Below, piece after piece: positions 58,030-64,000 of a DNA stretch of 64,000 bases; position 1 is the first letter of the stretch, and every line of letters starts with the position of its first letter. The DNA is from Escherichia coli (lineage in GTDB: Bacteria; Pseudomonadota; Gammaproteobacteria; Enterobacterales; Enterobacteriaceae), in the NCBI RefSeq assembly GCF_003334785.1, contig NZ_QOWV01000001.1. One strand, written 5' to 3'. Position numbers and translations under genes: made by a program. The notes beneath the pieces were generated by a model, which was given only the letters and a program-made list of their open reading frames with translations, did not search any database and was not told where the DNA came from.

Positions 58030-58932
58030 GTGAAAATTGCCATATTGTCCCGGGATGGAACGCTCTATTCGTGTAAGCGGCTGCGTGAAGCCGCTATACA
58101 GCGCGGTCACCTGGTTGAAATTCTTGATCCGCTTTCTTGCTACATGAACATAAATCCTGCGGCGTCTTCTATTCACTACAAAGGCCGCAAGTTACCCCAT
58201 TTTGACGCAGTGATCCCGCGTATTGGCACCGCCATTACCTTTTATGGGACGGCGGCACTGCGCCAGTTCGAGATGCTGGGGAGCTATCCGCTCAATGAGT
58301 CGGTCGCCATTGCCCGGGCGCGTGACAAATTGCGTTCCATGCAACTGCTGGCGCGTCAGGGCATCGACCTGCCTGTCACGGGCATTGCGCATTCGCCGGA
58401 TGATACCAGCGATTTAATCGACATGGTCGGTGGTGCGCCGCTGGTGGTCAAGTTGGTTGAAGGCACGCAGGGAATTGGCGTCGTGCTGGCGGAGACGCGT
58501 CAGGCGGCGGAAAGCGTGATTGACGCTTTCCGCGGTCTGAACGCGCATATTCTGGTGCAGGAATATATCAAAGAGGCGCAAGGGTGCGATATCCGCTGTC
58601 TGGTTGTTGGCGATGAAGTGGTCGCTGCGATTGAACGGCGGGCGAAAGAGGGCGATTTTCGTTCCAATTTGCATCGTGGCGGCGCGGCAAGCGTCGCCAG
58701 TATCACACCACAGGAGCGTGAAATCGCGATAAAAGCCGCGCGAACGATGGCGCTGGACGTTGCTGGTGTGGATATTCTGCGTGCTAATCGCGGGCCGTTG
58801 GTGATGGAGGTGAATGCGTCGCCGGGGCTGGAAGGAATAGAAAAAACCACCGGTATCGACATCGCGGGTAAAATGATCCGCTGGATCGAACGCCACGCTA
58901 CGACAGAATATTGCCTGAAAACGGGTGGTTAG
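58030..58932 (+). CDS. rimK: Ribosomal protein S6 glutamate ligase (ATP-grasp)
   Basis: 300-aa ATP-grasp ORF with apparent GTG start. Confidence 0.92.
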   Translation: MKIAILSRDGTLYSCKRLREAAIQRGHLVEILDPLSCYMNINPAASSIHYKGRKLPHFDAVIPRIGTAITFYGTAALRQFEMLGSYPLNESVAIARARDKLRSMQLLARQGIDLPVTGIAHSPDDTSDLIDMVGGAPLVVKLVEGTQGIGVVLAETRQAAESVIDAFRGLNAHILVQEYIKEAQGCDIRCLVVGDEVVAAIERRAKEGDFRSNLHRGGAASVASITPQEREIAIKAARTMALDVAGVDILRANRGPLVMEVNASPGLEGIEKTTGIDIAGKMIRWIERHATTEYCLKTGG

Positions 58933-59019
58933 TCGCAATCACATTACTGATCATGGTTTTGCCTGCGCTTTTTGCGTAAGCTGTGCCGGTCTTTTTATCG
59001 AAAGAGGTTGTACAAAATT

Positions 59020-59496
59020 ATGACATCGCTGGTCGTTCCTGGTCTGGATACGCTGCGTCAATGGCTCGATGACCTGGGGATGAGTTTTTTTGAATGTGAT
59101 AACTGTCAGGCTCTGCATCTGCCCCATATGCAGAATTTCGACGGTGTCTTTGATGCCAAAATCGATCTGATCGATAACACGATCCTGTTTTCTGCCATGG
59201 CGGAAGTCCGACCTTCAGCCGTATTGCCGCTGGCGGCGGATTTATCTGCCATCAATGCCAGTTCGCTGACCGTGAAAGCATTTCTTGATATGCAGGATGA
59301 TAATCTGCCAAAGCTGGTGGTTTGCCAGTCTTTATCCGTTATGCAGGGCGTAACCTATGAGCAGTTTGCATGGTTCGTGCGTCAGAGCGAAGAGCAGATT
59401 TCGATGGTCATTCTTGAAGCTAATGCCCATCAACTGCTGTTACCGACTGATGATGAAGGGCAAAACAACGTTACCGAAAACTATTTCCTCCACTGA
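59020..59496 (+). CDS. ybjN: YbjN-family putative sensory transduction regulator
   Basis: 158-aa product starting MTSLVVPGLDTLRQW. Confidence 0.85.
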   Translation: MTSLVVPGLDTLRQWLDDLGMSFFECDNCQALHLPHMQNFDGVFDAKIDLIDNTILFSAMAEVRPSAVLPLAADLSAINASSLTVKAFLDMQDDNLPKLVVCQSLSVMQGVTYEQFAWFVRQSEEQISMVILEANAHQLLLPTDDEGQNNVTENYFLH

Positions 59497-59846
59497 TAAC
59501 TCCTTTCGAGCACGCAGTCGCTGGTGCAGTGGCTGCGCGCTGCAAAATTATCTGCTGTTTTTAACCTTTTCTTAAAGATTATTTCACTTCTCTTGTGTCG
59601 ATTTGGCTTTATCACATAGAGCAAATATGCATAAAAATTTGTTAAATACCGTTTTTTAATCCGAGCTATAGTCTCAAACCCTGGCTAAAGTTATTCTTGC
59701 GATGCTTTTATATAGCGAGCAGTGCTGGCCGGGAGAAAGTTCTCTTTTATTACACCGCGCCGATAAAAAATATGCACGTTTATTGCATATCTTTCAGTGT
59801 GACAACTTTTGTTCGTTTGTTAACGAACTTTCAGAAGGAAAGAGAT

Positions 59847-60959
59847 ATGACCGCCTTAAATAAAAAATGGCTATCGGGTCTGGTTGCGGGTGCTCTGATG
59901 GCCGTCTCTGTCGGCACGCTCGCGGCTGAACAAAAAACACTCCACATTTATAACTGGTCTGATTATATCGCCCCGGACACGGTGGCCAATTTTGAAAAAG
60001 AAACCGGTATTAAAGTCGTCTACGATGTTTTCGACTCTAACGAAGTACTGGAAGGCAAATTAATGGCCGGGAGTACCGGCTTTGATCTGGTGGTTCCATC
60101 TGCCAGCTTTCTGGAGCGCCAGTTGACTGCGGGAGTTTTCCAGCCGCTGGACAAAAGCAAATTGCCGGAGTGGAAGAATCTCGACCCGGAACTGCTGAAG
60201 CTGGTCGCCAAACACGATCCCGACAATAAATTTGCTATGCCCTATATGTGGGCGACGACCGGGATTGGCTATAACGTTGATAAAGTTAAAGCGGTGCTGG
60301 GCGAAAACGCGCCCGTCGATAGCTGGGACTTGATCCTCAAACCTGAAAATCTGGAAAAACTGAAAAGCTGCGGTGTCTCTTTCCTGGATGCGCCAGAAGA
60401 AGTTTTTGCTACCGTGTTGAATTATCTCGGCAAAGATCCCAACAGCACTAAAGCGGATGATTACACCGGACCGGCAACAGATCTGCTGTTAAAGCTGCGC
60501 CCGAACATTCGTTATTTCCATTCATCTCAATACATTAACGACCTGGCAAACGGCGATATTTGCGTCGCTATCGGCTGGGCAGGTGATGTCTGGCAGGCGT
60601 CAAACCGCGCGAAGGAAGCGAAGAATGGCGTGAATGTCTCGTTCTCGATTCCAAAAGAAGGGGCGATGGCGTTCTTTGATGTATTCGCCATGCCTGCGGA
60701 TGCCAAAAACAAAGACGAAGCCTATCAGTTCCTGAATTACCTGCTGCGCCCGGATGTAGTAGCGCATATTTCCGACCATGTGTTCTATGCCAACGCCAAT
60801 AAAGCAGCCACGCCGCTGGTGAGTGCGGAAGTCCGTGAGAACCCAGGTATTTATCCGCCTGCGGATGTTCGTGCGAAGCTGTTCACTCTGAAAGTGCAGG
60901 ATCCGAAAATCGACCGTGTGCGCACCCGCGCGTGGACCAAAGTGAAGAGCGGAAAATAA
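59847..60959 (+). CDS. potF: Putrescine-binding periplasmic protein
   Basis: 370-aa product starting MTALNKKWLSGLVAGALMAVSVGTLAA (signal peptide). Confidence 0.92.
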   Translation: MTALNKKWLSGLVAGALMAVSVGTLAAEQKTLHIYNWSDYIAPDTVANFEKETGIKVVYDVFDSNEVLEGKLMAGSTGFDLVVPSASFLERQLTAGVFQPLDKSKLPEWKNLDPELLKLVAKHDPDNKFAMPYMWATTGIGYNVDKVKAVLGENAPVDSWDLILKPENLEKLKSCGVSFLDAPEEVFATVLNYLGKDPNSTKADDYTGPATDLLLKLRPNIRYFHSSQYINDLANGDICVAIGWAGDVWQASNRAKEAKNGVNVSFSIPKEGAMAFFDVFAMPADAKNKDEAYQFLNYLLRPDVVAHISDHVFYANANKAATPLVSAEVRENPGIYPPADVRAKLFTLKVQDPKIDRVRTRAWTKVKSGK

Positions 60960-61053
60960 TCCGCAGTCGTAGATGCCGGAGGGGCGCACCACACCCGCCG
61001 GCAATTCGCACCATTATGGTGCGCTTGCACACATTCAATGCCGGAGAGCAGCC

Positions 61054-62187
61054 GTGAATGACGCTATCCCTCGCCCGCAGGCGAAAACCCGTAAGGCGCT
61101 GACGCCGCTATTAGAAATCCGCAACCTGACCAAATCCTACGATGGTCAACATGCGGTGGATGATGTCAGCCTGACCATCTACAAAGGTGAAATCTTCGCG
61201 CTGCTGGGCGCATCCGGCTGTGGCAAGTCCACGCTGCTGCGTATGCTGGCAGGTTTCGAACAACCTTCTGCCGGACAGATAATGCTTGATGGCGTCGATT
61301 TGTCACAGGTTCCGCCTTACCTGCGCCCCATCAATATGATGTTTCAGTCTTACGCGCTGTTTCCGCATATGACCGTGGAACAGAACATCGCTTTTGGCCT
61401 GAAACAGGACAAACTACCGAAAGCGGAAATTGCCAGCCGGGTCAATGAGATGCTCGGCCTGGTGCATATGCAGGAGTTCGCCAAACGCAAACCGCATCAG
61501 CTTTCCGGTGGTCAGCGACAACGTGTGGCCCTGGCCCGAAGCCTTGCGAAGCGCCCGAAACTATTACTGCTCGATGAGCCGATGGGCGCGCTGGATAAAA
61601 AGCTGCGTGACCGGATGCAGCTTGAAGTGGTGGATATTCTGGAGCGCGTCGGTGTGACTTGTGTGATGGTCACCCACGATCAGGAAGAGGCGATGACCAT
61701 GGCGGGGCGCATCGCCATTATGAATCGTGGGAAATTTGTCCAGATTGGCGAACCGGAAGAGATCTACGAGCATCCGACTACCCGCTATAGCGCCGAATTT
61801 ATTGGCTCGGTAAACGTCTTTGAAGGCGTACTCAAAGAGCGTCAGGAAGATGGCCTGGTGCTTGATTCGCCGGGGCTGGTGCATCCACTGAAAGTCGACG
61901 CGGATGCCTCGGTGGTCGATAACGTGCCGGTACATGTGGCGCTGCGCCCGGAAAAAATCATGCTTTGCGAAGAGCCGCCCGCCAATGGTTGTAACTTCGC
62001 GGTGGGGGAGGTGATACACATTGCCTATCTCGGCGATCTTTCGGTGTATCACGTTCGTCTGAAAAGTGGGCAGATGATTAGCGCCCAGCTACAAAACGCC
62101 CATCGTCATCGTAAAGGGTTACCGACCTGGGGCGACGAAGTGCGTTTGTGCTGGGAAGTGGACAGCTGTGTGGTGCTGACGGTTTAA
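61054..62187 (+). CDS. potG: Putrescine ABC transporter ATP-binding protein
   Basis: 377-aa product from GTG (VNDAIPRPQAK) with GASGCGKST Walker A and LSGGQRQR signature. Confidence 0.9.
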   Translation: MNDAIPRPQAKTRKALTPLLEIRNLTKSYDGQHAVDDVSLTIYKGEIFALLGASGCGKSTLLRMLAGFEQPSAGQIMLDGVDLSQVPPYLRPINMMFQSYALFPHMTVEQNIAFGLKQDKLPKAEIASRVNEMLGLVHMQEFAKRKPHQLSGGQRQRVALARSLAKRPKLLLLDEPMGALDKKLRDRMQLEVVDILERVGVTCVMVTHDQEEAMTMAGRIAIMNRGKFVQIGEPEEIYEHPTTRYSAEFIGSVNVFEGVLKERQEDGLVLDSPGLVHPLKVDADASVVDNVPVHVALRPEKIMLCEEPPANGCNFAVGEVIHIAYLGDLSVYHVRLKSGQMISAQLQNAHRHRKGLPTWGDEVRLCWEVDSCVVLTV

Positions 62188-62196
62188 GGAGCAAAG

Positions 62197-63150
62197 ATGA
62201 GTACACTTGAACCTGCTGCCCAGTCGAAACCGCCGGGCGGATTTAAGCTGTGGTTGTCGCAGCTGCAAATGAAGCATGGGCGCAAACTGGTCATTGCGTT
62301 GCCATATATCTGGTTGATCTTGCTGTTTCTGCTGCCATTTCTGATTGTCTTTAAAATAAGCCTGGCGGAGATGGCGCGCGCTATTCCACCTTATACCGAA
62401 CTGATGGAGTGGGCTGACGGGCAACTGTCCATCACTCTTAATCTCGGTAATTTTCTGCAACTGACCGACGATCCGCTCTATTTCGATGCTTATCTCCAGT
62501 CGCTACAGGTGGCTGCGATTTCGACATTTTGCTGTTTACTGATCGGCTATCCGCTGGCGTGGGCGGTGGCGCACAGTAAGCCTTCGACCCGTAATATTTT
62601 ATTACTACTGGTGATCCTGCCGTCGTGGACCTCGTTTCTGATCCGCGTTTATGCCTGGATGGGAATATTAAAAAACAACGGTGTGCTGAATAATTTTCTG
62701 CTGTGGCTGGGGGTTATCGATCAACCGCTGACCATTCTGCATACCAATCTGGCCGTTTATATCGGCATTGTTTACGCTTACGTGCCGTTTATGGTACTGC
62801 CGATTTATACCGCGTTGATTCGTATTGATTATTCGCTGGTGGAAGCAGCGCTGGATCTCGGTGCACGACCGCTGAAAACGTTCTTTACTGTGATCGTGCC
62901 GCTGACTAAAGGTGGGATTATTGCCGGATCGATGCTGGTGTTTATCCCGGCTGTGGGCGAGTTTGTGATCCCGGAACTGCTCGGTGGCCCGGACAGCATC
63001 ATGATCGGGCGCGTGCTATGGCAAGAGTTTTTCAATAACCGCGACTGGCCGGTGGCCTCGGCGGTAGCGATCATCATGTTGCTGCTGCTAATTGTGCCGA
63101 TAATGTGGTTCCACAAACACCAGCAAAAAAGCGTGGGAGAACACGGATGA
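62197..63150 (+). CDS. potH: Putrescine ABC transporter permease
   Basis: 317-aa permease ORF. Confidence 0.92.
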   Translation: MSTLEPAAQSKPPGGFKLWLSQLQMKHGRKLVIALPYIWLILLFLLPFLIVFKISLAEMARAIPPYTELMEWADGQLSITLNLGNFLQLTDDPLYFDAYLQSLQVAAISTFCCLLIGYPLAWAVAHSKPSTRNILLLLVILPSWTSFLIRVYAWMGILKNNGVLNNFLLWLGVIDQPLTILHTNLAVYIGIVYAYVPFMVLPIYTALIRIDYSLVEAALDLGARPLKTFFTVIVPLTKGGIIAGSMLVFIPAVGEFVIPELLGGPDSIMIGRVLWQEFFNNRDWPVASAVAIIMLLLLIVPIMWFHKHQQKSVGEHG

Positions 63151-63992
63151 ATAATTTACCGGTAGTTCGTTCGCCCTGGCGGATTGTGATTTTGCTGCTG
63201 GGCTTTACCTTTCTCTACGCGCCAATGCTGATGCTGGTTATCTATTCGTTTAACAGCTCGAAGCTGGTGACGGTGTGGGCCGGCTGGTCAACGCGCTGGT
63301 ATGGTGAGTTATTGCGCGATGACGCGATGATGAGTGCGGTTGGTTTAAGTCTGACAATTGCGGCCTGTGCGGCGACGGCGGCGGCGATCCTCGGAACTAT
63401 TGCGGCGGTGGTGCTGGTGCGCTTTGGCAGGTTTCGCGGATCAAATGGCTTTGCCTTTATGATCACCGCGCCGCTGGTAATGCCAGATGTCATCACGGGC
63501 TTGTCGCTGTTGTTATTATTCGTCGCGCTTGCTCATGCCATTGGCTGGCCTGCGGACCGCGGTATGCTCACCATCTGGCTGGCGCATGTCACTTTTTGTA
63601 CGGCTTATGTGGCGGTCGTTATTTCTTCAAGATTGCGGGAACTGGATCGCTCGATAGAAGAAGCAGCGATGGATCTCGGTGCGACGCCGCTGAAAGTGTT
63701 TTTCGTCATTACGCTACCGATGATCATGCCCGCGATCATTTCTGGCTGGTTACTGGCTTTTACTTTGTCGCTTGATGATCTGGTGATCGCCAGCTTTGTT
63801 TCCGGGCCGGGAGCCACCACGTTACCGATGCTGGTCTTTTCCAGCGTGCGGATGGGGGTGAATCCGGAAATCAACGCCCTGGCAACATTGATCCTCGGCG
63901 CGGTCGGAATTGTCGGATTTATCGCCTGGTATCTGATGGCTCGCGCAGAAAAACAGCGGATACGCGACATCCAGCGTGCAAGACGTGGCTGA
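63147..63992 (+). CDS. potI: Putrescine ABC transporter permease
   Basis: 281-aa product starting MNNLPVVRSPWRIVILL; overlaps potH stop. Confidence 0.92.
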   Translation: MNNLPVVRSPWRIVILLLGFTFLYAPMLMLVIYSFNSSKLVTVWAGWSTRWYGELLRDDAMMSAVGLSLTIAACAATAAAILGTIAAVVLVRFGRFRGSNGFAFMITAPLVMPDVITGLSLLLLFVALAHAIGWPADRGMLTIWLAHVTFCTAYVAVVISSRLRELDRSIEEAAMDLGATPLKVFFVITLPMIMPAIISGWLLAFTLSLDDLVIASFVSGPGATTLPMLVFSSVRMGVNPEINALATLILGAVGIVGFIAWYLMARAEKQRIRDIQRARRG

Positions 63993-64000
63993 AGACACTA

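Overview
This window reads as an Escherichia coli chromosome segment, colinear with the K-12 glnQPH-dps-rhtA-ompX ... moeAB ... gsiABCD ... dacC-deoR-mdfA ... grxA-nfsA-rimK-potFGHI region. All gene identifications are from recognising the translated ORFs and motifs by eye; no database search was run. The core order is interrupted between rcdA (ybjK) and ybjL by an approximately 11.6 kb P2/186-family cryptic prophage remnant (about 42452-54052), bounded by a 14-bp direct repeat. The remnant keeps the integrase, a CI-like repressor, Apl/CII-like switch genes, several small early genes, a Dam-type methyltransferase, tail genes U and D and the Ogr/B late activator. Its replication gene A appears fused in frame to the 3' part of the tail tape-measure gene, so the whole capsid, tail and lysis module and the classical tin/old accessory locus are missing. 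The most interesting element is a single AT-rich accessory gene (43675-45351) sitting between int and the repressor gene inside the lysogenic operon. It encodes a membrane-anchored, coiled-coil protein with a C-terminal GIY-YIG-like (T5orf172-type) domain, which I propose as a candidate prophage-encoded anti-phage (superinfection exclusion) gene. No rRNA, tRNA or CRISPR array was seen.
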